NCBI GenBank assembly: GCA_009103225.1
Contig: RHPI01002910.1
Location: 376,579 to 440,578 of the forward strand
Reading direction: 5' to 3'
DNA from: Chlorokybus atmophyticus
Lineage: Eukaryota; Plantae; Mesostigma and Chlorokybus algae
DNA: 64,000 nucleotides
A program made the position numbers and the translations under genes. The notes under the pieces are model-generated. The model made no database searches. It worked only from the letters and a program-made list of their open reading frames with translations, and was not told the origin of the DNA. Within the stretch, counting starts at the first letter, position 1, and every line of letters starts with the position of its first letter. Positions 1 through 13,514 of the stretch are shown here, piece after piece.

Positions 1-514
1 GTTGCACACCGGCAGTGTGTGGGTGCACACTGCAAACAGCGCTTTTGTCAGTGTGTGGGTGCAGCTCAGTCATCATGTGTGCTTTCTCCGGCACCATCAC
101 TCTGTCACATGCTCAATGTAAGACAACAGTTCCTGTGCCAAGCGGGCAAGGAGAACAAGATACTTTGACCTGCTGTAGTGTATTTGCAGGTGTTTCGGGA
201 TGTTTGTGCTTGGTTGTTTATCACGTTTATATTCCTGGGTACAGGCCTTGAAGGGTTTTCTTGTTTACTTTGTGTAGTTTGGTTGGATGAAGCATTTTGG
301 CAACCTCCACTTTTCATAATAACCAGCACAGACCAGCACAGGCACACCCGAGTGTCCACACGTTTTACAACAGTGTATTACTACAGCAAAAGGAATCCAT
401 TTACAGGTTTCTTTTGCGCTTAACAACGGGGGGAAATAACGTGGTTCCGACAACAACTTACACCGTTTCGTACCATCCTACTTATTACGCACTACAGTAA
501 GTGGCAGGCCGCGT

Positions 515-2985
515 CTACTTAGGGTCAATGGACAAAACAACGCGGAAACGGGCCTCATTGGACATCATTTTGTTATACGCATCCTCACACTTGTCCAACG
601 GAAACACCTGCACGTGAGATACACTTGTCATTGAGAGCAAGCACACACGTGCAGCTCACACAATGCAACATGCCAACAGACAAAAATATCAATGGCTTCA
701 CCTCAATCATGGGCTTAACGCCAGCTAACGCGGCAAAGCTGAGGCAATCCTCTGAATCGGTGGCCTTGCCAGAGGGGTGGCCCACGATGCTGCGGCGGCC
801 GCTGATCAGATGAATGGGACTCACTTCAATGGGCTCCATGGAAGCACCCACCTGCGCACCAGTCTTTTGTCAACACTGGTGCTGGCAAAATGCACATGCA
901 TGCACGCAATGGTAGTAGCTCAGCACATCCTCTTTAGCAATTCATCTAAATTGACACAATAGCAAGACTTGATACATGCCAATCCTGTAATATGCATGTG
1001 AGTGAAGTGGTTTGTTGAGGTACGCAGTTGGGACTTACGATGACACACTGGCCATTGACACCGAGTGCGGGTAGTATCTCGCTCATGGCCTTTGCATTCG
1101 TGACGGTGGTGATGATGACACGAGCACCGCCCAGCTTCTGCAAAACATAAGCACAATGAGCACAACAACCAATGCAGGGTTTGTCTTCAGATATCAAGAC
1201 AAGCATGACAACTGTCTCCCATGAACAAGCAGCACAGGTCCACAAGTGACTTGCACAACATCAAAAAAAGCACAGCAGAGATGAAGTGTTCGTGCCTGCA
1301 GCTCTTCAACAACATTCTCCTTGTTGGAGTCCAGGTAGCGATGCGCACCGAGCTTGAGCGCGAGCTCCTTCTTAGAGTCCCCGCGTGCAACAGCAATGGT
1401 GTGGAATCCCATCGCGCGGGCAAACTGGACGCCAAGATGACCGAGGCCACCGATACCCTGAAATAAATAAAAGTGAACAAACATGCATTGACGTGAGCAC
1501 AAGTGCTGCACCCATTGTGGGATTGTGTGATTATGTGAAGGTGGTGTTATACAAGCAGCAAGTAGTCACCTGCACAACGACTATGTCGCCAGCCACCGCC
1601 TTGCTTTGACGCAAACCATTGTACACAGTAACACCTGCATTAAGCAAGCGCGATGTAACGACTGATACTGAAGGCTGATTAATAAACAATGCCATGTGTG
1701 CAATGCAAGAACAAAGAAAGACACACCTGCGCACATCAACGGGCCCGCTTCTTCAAAAGACAGCGCATCCGGAATCCGCGCAAGGGCAGACTCTTTGGCA
1801 ATTGCATACTCTCCATAACTGCAGCAGCAGCAGTGTTAGTGTTAGCATCATCAGCAAAGCCTTCACAAAATGCTTAGTTGAAGTAGTGTTTCGCAAGCGC
1901 AAGCTTACCCTCCGTCAAGGTGGATGCCAGTAACTTTAAGCGATGTGCAGCAGACGGAATCGCCTTCTCTGCACGAGCGACACTCGCCGCACTCCTCACC
2001 GAGCCAGCCGACACCGACACGGTCTCCCGCCTTGAAGACAGTTACACCTGAACGACACAAAGCATGTTGGGATTCTGAAACGGGAAAACGAAGATTGCTT
2101 GGCAACATGTGACGTGCAGCATGAGTGCCACCACCAACCAGTGAGCCATCACACCAACTTCTTCTCTCACACTAGCATACTGCCACAACTGCCTCTCCCC
2201 AGAGCCTGCCAATCTCCTCTCTCGTTAATTTTTCTCAGCTCCTCGAGAGTGTCACTAAACAGCAGTGTGCCCGCGAGTCAACACCGCTGCTGCTGGCGTG
2301 GCACAATTCTCCCTTTCTTTCAAGGCCATCTCCCCATCAACCACCAGCTCACTCGCAAAACCTCTCCCGCATTCATCCTCAAGAATGTCACGACACAGCA
2401 GCATACGCATATATGTGTGCGCGTGCACACATGAGCACATGCACATCTCCACGCGTGCGTGCGTCAGCAAAAGTGCAACATGCTGACTGGTCGCCAGCGA
2501 CACACACGCAGGCACACGCGTGCAGACACATACACACGCGCACACACGCACGCATACAGCAGTAAGCAACCAGCAAGCATTCTGCAACATGGTTGCAAAC
2601 CTTCGCCAACGGACTCAATCACGCCAGCAATCTCATGCCCTGGTATGCGCGGCAGCGACATGCCCGGGTAAGCCCCGTACTTGGTGAAGCTGTCCGAATG
2701 GCAGATGCCGCATGCTTTCACCTTGATCAACACTTTGCCTGTTACAAAACACAACAGCAAGCTGAGCAGCAAGCTGGCTAAAAGCATCAACACTATTTGC
2801 CGAGCTCACGACAGTCGTTCTGTATACAAGTGCAATATGCTGCTTTGAGGTGTGCACAGCGTAACAAAACCCTGGAACAAGACACGTGTCTTACCAGGGG
2901 GTGGTTGCTCAAGCGGTTTCTCCACCTTTTGGAAGCTCGCGTTGGCCTCTGGAATATTGTATGCCTTGTATGTTGCCGGCGCCAT
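515..2985 (-). CDS. Zinc-dependent medium-chain alcohol dehydrogenase (CAD-like/AdhP-like), 9 exons
   Basis: Manual splicing gives MAPATYKAYNIPE...GICHSD...PGHEIAG...GVGWLGEECGECRSCREGDSVCC...LMCAGVTVY...GIGGLGHLGVQFA...EARFRVVLSIDPK*. Catalytic Zn ligands (C, GHE, C), the four-Cys structural Zn site and the GxGxxG Rossmann motif are present. One intron (1138-1295) has a GC donor. Confidence 0.93.
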
Positions 2986-3556
2986 CTTTGCTGACTGCAG
3001 ACACAAACACACCATGACAAAATGCACAGCATGAAAGCGCTCCAGCAACTAGACAGAAGTCGAGCGACACTTTGACCTCGCATGCATGCTGGTGGGGTGG
3101 CCCCCACCAGCATGCATGCCAGCTAGCCACAAAACAACTGACGGCAAGGATGCTTGCAAGAGGGCATTACAACTTAACCAGCACAAATCAAACACGGGTG
3201 CCAACCACGCCACTCACCTCACCACCGTCGCCGCTGACAATGGCAACCACGACAACAACTGCAGTTGCAGGCAACTTGCAGCACTGAGTGCGACAACAAA
3301 ACGTACAAGGTGGACAAGTGCTCAGTGCCATCATTGCGAGTGCCATGTCATGTGTGTACTGTGCAGTACAGGCTGTACTGTAACATACGGAAGATCTCTC
3401 TAGAAGGCAGATCATCTGTGAACCAAAGTTGAACACGCTTATCGTGCGGATCAGTGCTTTAGTGAGTTGTTGAGTCAATGTCGGTGCAAGGATTGTCGTA
3501 GTGTCAGCGTTTCAAACCTTAAGCGTCGGCGCAAAGCAGGCTTGTCATTGCTGTGC

Positions 3557-6500
3557 ATGGCGGCGTTGGCGGCGGCGTTGGCGGCGGCGGGACTGCGTCG
3601 GTCGTTTGCTCAGCAGCTAAAGCCTGGGTTGAATCAAATTGTCCGACAGTTTGCCAAGAGTGTGGATACGGAGCTTGCAGGTTGGCCTATGACAGAGTGC
3701 TGAGCGTGCACTGCGCATGCTTGGCTGCTGGGACATGTGTTGGGTTGGGAGCGCCAATGCTTGTTGTCTTTATGCTGTATGTGAGATCGAGATGCACCTC
3801 GAACAGCGCTTTGTACTGCTCGCAGTCAACAGGTCTGTCGCAATTGTTGGAAGGCCCAACGTGGGCAAGTCGGCGCTGTTCAACCGCTTGTTGCGACGCC
3901 GTGAAGCGTTAGTAAGTCGCAGCTTGCCATCAGACTTGACAATATTATTCACATTTGCAACTTGAAGTCCGGAGCATTACCTGAAGCTTAATGGTTTTGG
4001 GACCACTCGCAGGTGCTGAACACGCCAGACGGGCACCTTACACGCGACTACCGGGAGGTGAGAATTTACTGAACCACACAAGGCACACACAGACGTCTTT
4101 AATAAACCTTAACACAGTCGCACACACGCGCGCGCGCAAGCACCTGCAAACATGCACGCACACACGTGCAGATGCACATGCACATTTCGCACGAACCCTT
4201 GTGCATGCGCATTGGCAGACATTGTATGGGGCCATCAGCTCGTATGCACGCATGCAGACTCACCTGCACGTGGGTGCGCGCGTGCGTGCATGTGCTTCTG
4301 CATGCCAATACGCAAGTGTGCGTGCATACAGTATCTGCCAAGATTATATGTACGACCTCTCATGAGCAGTTGTTCTTCCTGGAGTGTTACTGTGTGGACA
4401 GATGACAGCAACATCGCACGTGTGTTAGGGCATTGCAAAGCTTGGCGATCTGCGATTCACTGCTATTGACACGGCGGGTTTGGAGTTTGGCAGCGGTGAC
4501 GACAGCATCCAGGTACCCACACAGTTATTCAGATGTCCTCAGGCAAGACCGTTTTGGCTCTGCTCACAACAACAGGCTGCTGACTAGTTGCCTGTGAAGG
4601 GCCGAACGCTAGAGCTCACCTCCAAGGTGATCGGACGAAGTGCAGCTGCCTTGTTTGTACTCGATGCTCGCTCTGGGGTGAGCCATCGATCAAACGCAAT
4701 GCAGCTTATCTTGACATGGCCGGTGAGAGAGTGTGTTGCCAAAGCAAGCTAAACTGCATAAATCTGCATGCATCCGTGCAGGTGGTTGCTGCCGACAGAG
4801 ACGCCGCCAAGTGGCTTCGTGCACAAAGCCCGTCTGGGACTGTCATCCCCGTGCTGAACAAGTGCGAGGGCGGCGGCTTGCCCGATGAGTCGATTCTTTC
4901 CGCTGTCGGCGAAACGTTCAGTCTGGGCTTTGGTGAACCTTTAACCCTTTCAGCAGAAAGTGGAGAGGTGAGTAGTAGCAAACATGCTGGGAAAGGTGTT
5001 GACGCATGCACAGTGTGTTGTGACACGTATGCACACGTACACCTGACGGGCACCGCTGCACGTGGTGATTATAATGTAGGGTCTCGCAGAGTTGTATGAG
5101 AGGTTACAACCGGTGTTGGAGCGGGAAGTAGATACGCAGCAAGCAGAAACCACTAAAGTGGCTCATCAAGATGGTCAATTACAAGCGGCCATCACCGATG
5201 TCGAGCCTGAACGACAAGAAGCTCTGCAACTCGCCATTGTCGGCAGGCCCAATGTCGGCAAGTCGATGCTGGTAAGCATTCTGTTGCCACACTGCAATGC
5301 TTGAGTTTTGCTCGTGTGTGAAACAACACCTTCGTGACCATTTGCTCTGATGAACAGGTCAATAGGCTGCTTGGTGAACAGAGGGTGGTGACAGGCCCTG
5401 AAGCAGGGCTCACAAGAGATGCCGTGCGCACGCGCTTTGAATTTAAAGGTACAAATACAATGCACACACAGCAATCAGTGGAAACTGATACTGTCGATGT
5501 CCTGTTGCAGGCCAAGCTGTATGGGTGGTGGACACTGCCGGCTGGATGCACCGCAAAAACCTAATGACACAGCCGGAAGCAGCTTTGAGCGCAACTCAAG
5601 CGCGCAGGAAGCTCGGCCTCTCGCATGTGGTTGCCCTCATCCTCGATGCTGAAGAGGTGCTGACTCTTATCAACATTGTCCACACAGTACACTTTGGATG
5701 ATTTGCATGCATGCAAGCTTGTCACTGATGCAGTGCGTTGCTTTTGCAGTGCATTGCACTTGAGAAGGTGAAGAAGACGGAGATAGCTCTGGCAAGACAG
5801 GTCACAGAGGAAGGCAGAGCGCTTGTGGTATGTGTGCGGCAATGCCATGGGGCGATGATAGCAAACTGATATATGCATCACGCCATGCGTTGGTGACACT
5901 GGTTTGATACAGGTTGTGGTTAACAAGCTGGATGCGCTATCGGACGAAGATCAGAAGAGAGTGCTGAAGGGAGTTGCGTATGAGATTGACAATGCACTGC
6001 CACAGGTATCTTTCTGTTCTGCGCAATTGTTTTTTCTTTGCAGAGAACAACCACATGAGTCGGGTAATGCCTTGATTTGATGAAGGTTGCTGGTGTGCCG
6101 TGTGTTGGAGTGTCCGCCTTGAACGGTGTCAACTTTGGGAAGCTCATGCCAACGGTACGGCCATCAGCTCATACATCCGCTACATGCTATTGTCGTTAGC
6201 ATGTTGCTTGACCAAAAGCAATGCAGGTGCTCGCTGCTTATCAGCGCTGGACCAAACGGGTTCCCACGCACACGCTGAACAATTGGCTTGATGAGGTAGG
6301 TCAGCTCGCTCAGTTGTGTTGTTTTGCATTCTGTTCGCATAGGATCGGCACTGCACATATGATGCAACTGTGTGGCGCACCACAGATGTGCATTTGTGTA
6401 TGATGTGTTCTGCAGTTGAGCATATACGGGAAGGTCGGCAGCGGGGGTGGAGAGGTGCGAGTGCGCTACCTAACGCAAATCAAAGCGCGACCGCCAACGT

Positions 6501-6637
6501 TCATGGCGTCGGTCAGCGGCAAGAAGCCCCTTTCGCAAGCGGACCTTCGCAGCCTTGCGACTCAAATAAGGAAGGCGTTCGGCTTCCAGGGTGTCCCTAT
6601 CAGGCAAGTTATGACAAACCCGTTTATCTACGCATAA
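3557..6637 (+). CDS. engA: Double-GTPase ribosome biogenesis factor Der/EngA, probably organelle-targeted, ~14 exons
   Basis: Two tandem G domains: GRPNVGKS..DTAG..NKCE and GRPNVGKS..DTAG..NKLD. KH-like C-terminus YLTQIKARPPTF...FGFQGVPIR. N-terminus is Ala/Arg-rich and lacks acidic residues, like a transit peptide. The last exon is ambiguous: read-through to a stop at 6637, or a GC-AG intron at 6604-6658. Confidence 0.9.
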
Positions 6638-7963
6638 TTGGTTGTTCGCGTGTGGCAGGTGCAAGCCAATGCCAGCTGTGAAACAGTTCTGAGGGCTGCA
6701 TGCTGTTAGCTTATCCTGAAAGTGTTGCAAATTGGTGTCTTTGCTGTTGGGGTGTTTGCGTTGCCCAGCCATGGCTTGTTACAGGGTGGTCGCGAAGCCC
6801 ACTCGCGGTCGTGTTGCGGCAGCACCACCACAAGCTATGCGGACAGTTTGACATGCGTGCATCAACATGGACAAGCGCATCAACAAAGTTAAGTTATGGG
6901 ATTTTTGCTTGAGGCTCCCATGGAGTCTGTGTGCATGCCGATCACTCCTAGTGCAGCGTGTGTGAACTGATCAGATGTTGGCTGTGTGCCGTGTAAACGT
7001 ACAACGAACATGCTTGCATTAGGTCACGAGAACAGAAAGTGCACAACAGCCACACACTGACCATTGCGCACATTCTATGCTGCACCCAAGTGTAGAGTAT
7101 ATGCAATGCTGTGCATGTGTAATGTATGTACAAGGCGAATAGTCGCGAATGATGATGGGGTGATGATGACAATCATCAGTACCCCTTTTACTAACATCTC
7201 CAATTACTATTGAGGATGTCGCAATTAAGCTTAGCTATTATGTGCATAATTGCTAAATTACATAACCGTACAGCTTGCCAACTACGTATGTCAACATAAT
7301 GAGAATGGTGATCGGGATCAAATTCAATTCACACCGCACGTGTGCGCATCATGTAGTAGAGTGAAAGTTGAAGGTTTCATTTTTAAACCCCTTTCACGAT
7401 CATTAATTACAATCATTATTACTAATAAGCTTGCATATTTGAAGTTCGCTATAAAAAGTAGTAAAAAGCTTTGGTCCATGCCATCACGCTCAAGCTTTCG
7501 CAATATGTATTAGCACAATGTCTACTCAAGTGTGAAAATAAATCGTAAAATAGCGACAAAACAAGTATGCAAATCAACAAGCAAAAGCGCTGTTGGGAAG
7601 ATGGAAGCCTTCCGTTCTTCAAGCGGAACTTCCACTCCTTCCCACCAGTAACGGCATAGCACGTTAGGTCACGGTAGTGAGCGGCGGCATCCCCCTGCGT
7701 GAAGGCGCTGTTGGGCAAGGAGCGGGCGGCCGCTGGAGGGTGTGTGTGTGTTAGGCCAGGCCTAGGCGGGGAGGGTCTACGCCAGCAAACTTTTGCTAAC
7801 CTGTCTCCTTCCTTGTGTTGGGTTTGGAACGGAGCAAAGCTGGCTAGCTTTCAGCCGTCAGCCAGCCATGCTGGCGCTGCCCGCCTAGCGGCGTAGTACG
7901 CTGCTTGACTGCATACTCTTCACCAGCCTTCACTTCATTGGCTCACAGCAGTAGGCTGCAAGG

Positions 7964-10900
7964 ATGTCTGGGGCGGACGGCCTCACCGACGAGAAGGTAC
8001 TGCATTGGCCTTTTTGGTGGTTGTTGCTGCGAGCATTGCCTTCGGTTATTGTTGACAGCGTTCACATTCCTAAACCAACAGGACTGAATGATGTTGTGGA
8101 TGGATATTCTTTTTAGAAAGCACCTACTGTTGAGAGCTTGCTTTGTGTGTGCTGAGTTTTTGTCTGTTCGCTTGTTTGTTTGAGCTCATGGTACAAGCAG
8201 TTGTGATGTTTGGTAAGCCGCTCCATCACAACAGACAGGTGCAAGTCTTCTTGATGATCGGGATCATGCTGGGTTCCTGACACAGCTGGTTATTTGACAT
8301 GACGTTGCTATTCAGTACTGATCAGTGTCAAGCAAGCTACGAATGCGCACATTGGGTAGCATAGAAGCTACGCAATCGCAGTCACGATCTTAGTGCTCTC
8401 CTTTTCATGCATGCTTGCAACAGAAGGCCGAACATTCTAAACACTGCTTAAACAGTCCCATTGGGTGAACTGATGCTTGTACACTGCAATCATTTTGTAC
8501 ACTCACACACACAATGTCATTCCACAAACAGGTGTTGTCGCGGGAGATCCCGTGGGAGACGTACGCCACAGCAAAGCACATCTCAGAGAAGGACCTGCAG
8601 CTTCTACGGAGGTTTGACAAGGCCGGCAAAGATGTTCAGGCGTCCCTCCTTGGCACGGTGCGCATTGTGGGAGGTAGTAATTTAGCGATTCAACTCTTCA
8701 AGCGCATATACCGGAATGAGTGCATCAACAAATGACTGAATGCATGAAGTGCAGCAGCACACAATCTGTGAAATGATGGACTAATTTAGTCCACAGAAGT
8801 AACAGTCAATTCCAGGCTGTGAGGTAGTTAAGAAGGCAAGTGTGGATAGATTTATATCAACAGACGTAAGTAGTGAAGTGACTGAACAGTGACATGCATG
8901 CAATGTCCGAAAAACTGCTCAATTCTTTGTGAATACATCCAGGTGACTATCTCTAACCTCTTATAATCAGAATGAGTATGCTCGTGACTGTTACTGGCAG
9001 GATGGTGCTGGGGTGTTTGAGGCTCTTCTCAACATGTTGAAGACGGTCACAAAGGACGACACGGTGCAATACGTCCTCGCCCTCCTTGATGATATCCTTA
9101 CAGGTGTTCGTCTATAGTCATGATCAACCCATGCAACAGCCTGAGGGTTGGAAAGCTCTGCTGACTGCTGCTTGCCTATCTTACAGATGACCCGGCTCGA
9201 GCTCAGATATTCCACCAGATGGCACAGAAGCTTGAAGAAGGCAGGGCTTACGCTCCAATTGTCAAGTAAGTACGCGTGAGTTGTGGTTGAGACCGCAATT
9301 GCCGCTCGTACTATGCACACATCTTGTTGATTGGCAAGATGTACTCAGTAGACAATCAGATCAACGAATTCTATGGCTTTTGTTGCAGGTTGCTGGATAG
9401 GGGAAACTGGTACATACTGGAAAAGACCTGCAAAGTGTTGTCGAGGTTGCTTAGGCAAGTTGATTGTCGTTGTTGTTGCTGTTGCTGTTGTTGGGCCACT
9501 TCGTCTCTAGCAAAGCCTGAACGAAAGCGTTGATGTCTGATGCAACAGCACGCGGCCGAACAAGTCTGCTACATGGCAATCGCTGGTGGGAAGCGTGGAC
9601 GCCTCGGCACCCTCTTCTTCAAACGGCTCCGCACCACCCTACACCCAACAAGTTGTCCTTACGCTCATCGACTGGTGCTGTGGCCAGGTTGGTGATGCCT
9701 ACTTGTATATCTGCATGAGTATGTTGCTGTGTATGGCATGTAAACATGTTGTGTCTGTGCCATGATTACATGTTACGGTTGGTACATGCACGCGCGCACG
9801 CGTGTATGCATGTGTTCAAGGGTTCGTGCATGCTCACATATATGCACTCAGTTAGATGCCTTGCAGTATTGTTGTTACTAGGTACATGTGCATCGACATT
9901 GCTTGTGTATGTGTGTTTGGATGCCGCAGCTGCGCAGTGGTAACGGTGTAACCACTGCGCAGCTGCGGCATCCATCGGATCCCAATAGGGCAGTGGCGAC
10001 GGCCGTGTCGGGGCTGTCATTGCTGCTGCAGGAGCCGTCAGCACGCATTGTCTTTATCCACAATGGCGGCCTCACCCTCCTGGTGCCCATCCTCAAGCCC
10101 AGCAACTCGCCCAACACCGTGCAGGTTTGTTGATACGCCTCTCACACAATCATACATACACATAGAGGTCGCCTGTTGTAGTGATGAATATACCATGCAA
10201 CTTTACCAACTTGTTGTTGCTGGGATTGTTTTTGTGTGACAGATTCTTTATGAGGCGGCGCTTTGCGTGTGGCTTTTGTCCTTTCAACAGCAGGCGGCAG
10301 AAGCCATGCCCAAAACCGGCGTGTTGGCCGCTCTTGTCGACGTGAGGACCCGCGCACACACATGCGAGCATTTTCCACTCACACGCTGTAGCAATGCTGA
10401 CGAGTTTGCACACATCCCAACTCAGGTGGCGAGAACGGTGAGCAAGGAGAAGGTGCTGCGTGTGGCGGCGCTGGCGCTGAGGAATATGCTGGAAAAGGCG
10501 GACTGCAGCGCGGATGCCGTTGATATCGGCCTACCGCACGTTGTGCGCAACATGCAGCAGCAGGTGGGGGATTATGCAGTTCAGTCTACGGTATACACGT
10601 GTCATGCGTGTTGCGCGTGCAGTTGACGTGCAATGCACCTTGCTACAAGCGAATGATATCGTGCATTCACGCGTCTGCAGCACAACCATGTCAAAGGCTT
10701 ACATAGCTCTCAGTGTGGGTAGCTATGGTCTTGACTCTTGCATGCACACACACTCGAGGGTGCGAAACAGTGTGCAGGTGTGCTGCTTCTAGATGATAAT
10801 AGATGCGTGCTTACGCCTAAACGCAGATAGTACACAAGCTTGCTGCAATAGTCGTGTATAGCAAGCGTGCGCCAATGTGGCACAGCCTTTGCACCAGTCT

Positions 10901-12218
10901 AGCTTTGGCTTCATTGTTGCAGGCCAACTTATGTGCATACATCACCTGTTGCCGGCTGCAAGTGCATGTGTGTGCACGGCCTGGTGCATGCACACACAGC
11001 ACAAAAGCTTCGTCACATCATGCTTATGCTACAAGTCTCTAGCATGGTCTTGCCACCTGTCAGTGTCACCTTGTGTTTGCCATGGGCTTTCGACATGCAC
11101 GCACACACATTACACATGCATCCGCAGCGCTGCTTGTTATCGGCCACTGACACGCGCAAACAACTACAATCCACCTCCGCTACATGCAGGCATGGGGCGA
11201 CGAGGACCTTGTCACGGCGCTTGAACAGCTGAGCGAGAAGCTGCAGGAGGCCGTGCGCGAGCTGACCTCGTTCGAGCGGTACCGACGCGAGGTGGTGTCG
11301 GGCACGCTCACGTGGAAGAACTCCGCGCACAAGGACCCCAACTTCTGGCAGGAGAACATTGCCAACCTCGCCAAAGAAGACTACCAGGTACAGGCGTTTG
11401 CAATTTGCAACGGCCTCTGTACAGCTGCAGGCGCATGCACATTCAGCATGTATCAGTTGTAAGGTTGTGTTCGTGCACGTGAGTGGGTATGTGTGCATGC
11501 ATGTCTATGTGCGCGCCAGCTTGCTTGCACATGCATGCGTCTGTCAATGTGCATATTGTGCGTGTTTGGTTGCTTGGTACTATGACTGCTTGGCTGATTG
11601 CAGTTACACTTACATGATACTCCACATGTTCTGACCTACTCGCATGGCTACGCTTCTTTCTCCAAACCATACTACCTCGCTCCTGACTCTCTCCCCTTGT
11701 TGGTCGCACAGGTCATCCGTGTGTTAATAAAGCTCCTGGAGTCCTCGCGTGACCCCGTCACGCTGGCCATCGCCGCGCATGACATTGGCGAGTTCGTGAA
11801 CTACCACCCAGATGGCCGCCAGATCGTTGTGCAGGTACGGGCAAGCGTGCGTGTGCGTGTGCGTGTGCGTGCATGTGTGCATGCGTGTGTGTGTATCACA
11901 ACAAACTGCAACTGCAAGTGGACCTAGTTGTAACAAACGTTATGTCACATATACATGCAACACACAGCAACATAGGCGTGTCCATCTGTGCATATATGGA
12001 CTGTTGCCTGGCCTCACGTTTGTCAGCTTGGCGCATGGGGTGACGTGTTTATTTTACTTTTTGTGTTGTTGACGTGTATGGTGCATGTCCACGTGCAGGA
12101 CCTGAAGGGTAAGGAGCCCGTCCTGAAGCTGATGACATACAACGACCCCGCCGTCCAAAAGGAGGCCCTGTTTGCCACGCAGAAAATTATGCTGCGGTCC
12201 AAGATTGTGAGCGCTTAA
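7964..12218 (+). CDS. VHA-H: Vacuolar H+-ATPase subunit H, 12 exons
   Basis: Spliced product MSGADGLTDEKVLSREIPWETY...WYILEKTCK...ILYEAALCVWLLSF...KEKVLRV...WGDEDL...LTSFERYRREV...HKDPNFWQEN...AAHDIGEFVNYHPDGR...VQKEALFATQKIM. Contains a GC-AG intron at 9455-9548. Confidence 0.95.
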
Positions 12219-13514
12219 GGGGCCTGCATTGGTTTTGTGATTGTTTGGAGGGTTGGAGGATTGCACAACAAGGCAACCGCACTGTTGAGGTGTGGTTTAT
12301 CTGGCTTGGCTTGGTTTGGATGGCTGGCTTTCGCTATATTGGAAACTGCAAAAGGAAAGGAAATTCTGTTGCATACTGTGGCATATACCTGAGTGCAGAT
12401 AGGTTGGATTGGGTCAGTTGACGAGAAACAATACTGACATTGGCATTGTCCATCTGTCGCGATGTGCGCGCAGTGTATTGACGTTATGTTGGGTAAGGAT
12501 CTCTCCTGCGCAGTATGCTTTCATGACAAGGGCGCGAGCCTGCTTGGTCCAGCAAAACACAACATAAAAAGAACAATGAAACATGCAACCTAAGCCTCAA
12601 GAACATTGTCAAAGTAGCCACATCAGCCAGCGGAGCTGTCGACATGAAAATTCAATTCTTCATGCTTATCAACTGGATAACGCAGGAAGGCAATGCGATC
12701 AATGCTGAGACTAACATGTCTCCGAAATGCTACGCGTTGCCGGCACGGCGTGATTAAAGCGCGCCTCCAAGTCCCTATTTGTTAAAACGTGCGGCGCTCG
12801 TGCGCATTGCAGCAATAGACACAAACAGCTCGCCCAACGCGTCTCCACCGCCAATGAGACATACGTATCAGTCGGGTGGCAATCATGGCACATTGTGTGC
12901 TTTTGCTCTGCCGCCCGAGTGCCGGAACCAACATCAGACCGAAGGTTGATGACAGCGGCGTCGAGTATTAGCCAAGTGTCGCGCTCAGCCATAGCAGCGT
13001 CAGTGTTGTGTACTCATGTGCGGTGGGCCTCCCACATGCAGTAACTAACATTCGTAAGCCCCTCCACATGTCCAGTAGCTGCTCGCAGCAACCTCAACAG
13101 CGCACGCCGTGTGAGCAGCGGGTGCGGTAGCCCAAGGAGAGATGGCGTATGGCAACACTCGGCATCCCGGTGCACGGGTACACAACCACGCTCCTGCTCT
13201 CGTGTCCCGCTGCCGACTAAAGGCAGCGTACATCGCGATGATGCGTACGAAGCAATGATGCTGACGCCTGCACATCATTCACAGCTCGCCCAAAGGAACA
13301 TGTGTACATGTGTGCCACCACGCAAGCCGCTACATCTGGTGCACTGGTCTCTTTGACAGCCCTCCCAAGGCATGCAGAACACGACGTACCACAACGCAAT
13401 GTTGCACAGGAGACTCACCCTGAAGTGAGCCTTGCATACTCCCGACAACACGTGGTGTCACGTGCGTGCATGTCACTGCATTGTGGTAGTGCATAAATGC
13501 AGCTATACATGCTG

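Noticed and set aside
7210-7560. AT-rich segment with a small GTGAAAG/CTTTCAC stem as a possible MITE
   Set aside because: No clear TIR pair or TSD; it could be ordinary promoter or terminator DNA.
7600-7872. Selenoprotein reading (ATG GCT GGC TGA...) on the minus strand
   Set aside because: No redox motif or selenoprotein-family similarity, and no identifiable SECIS.
12711-12992. ORF MAERDTWL...VETRWASCL resembling the hAT TRW motif
   Set aside because: Only one short motif, with no other transposase features or TIRs.
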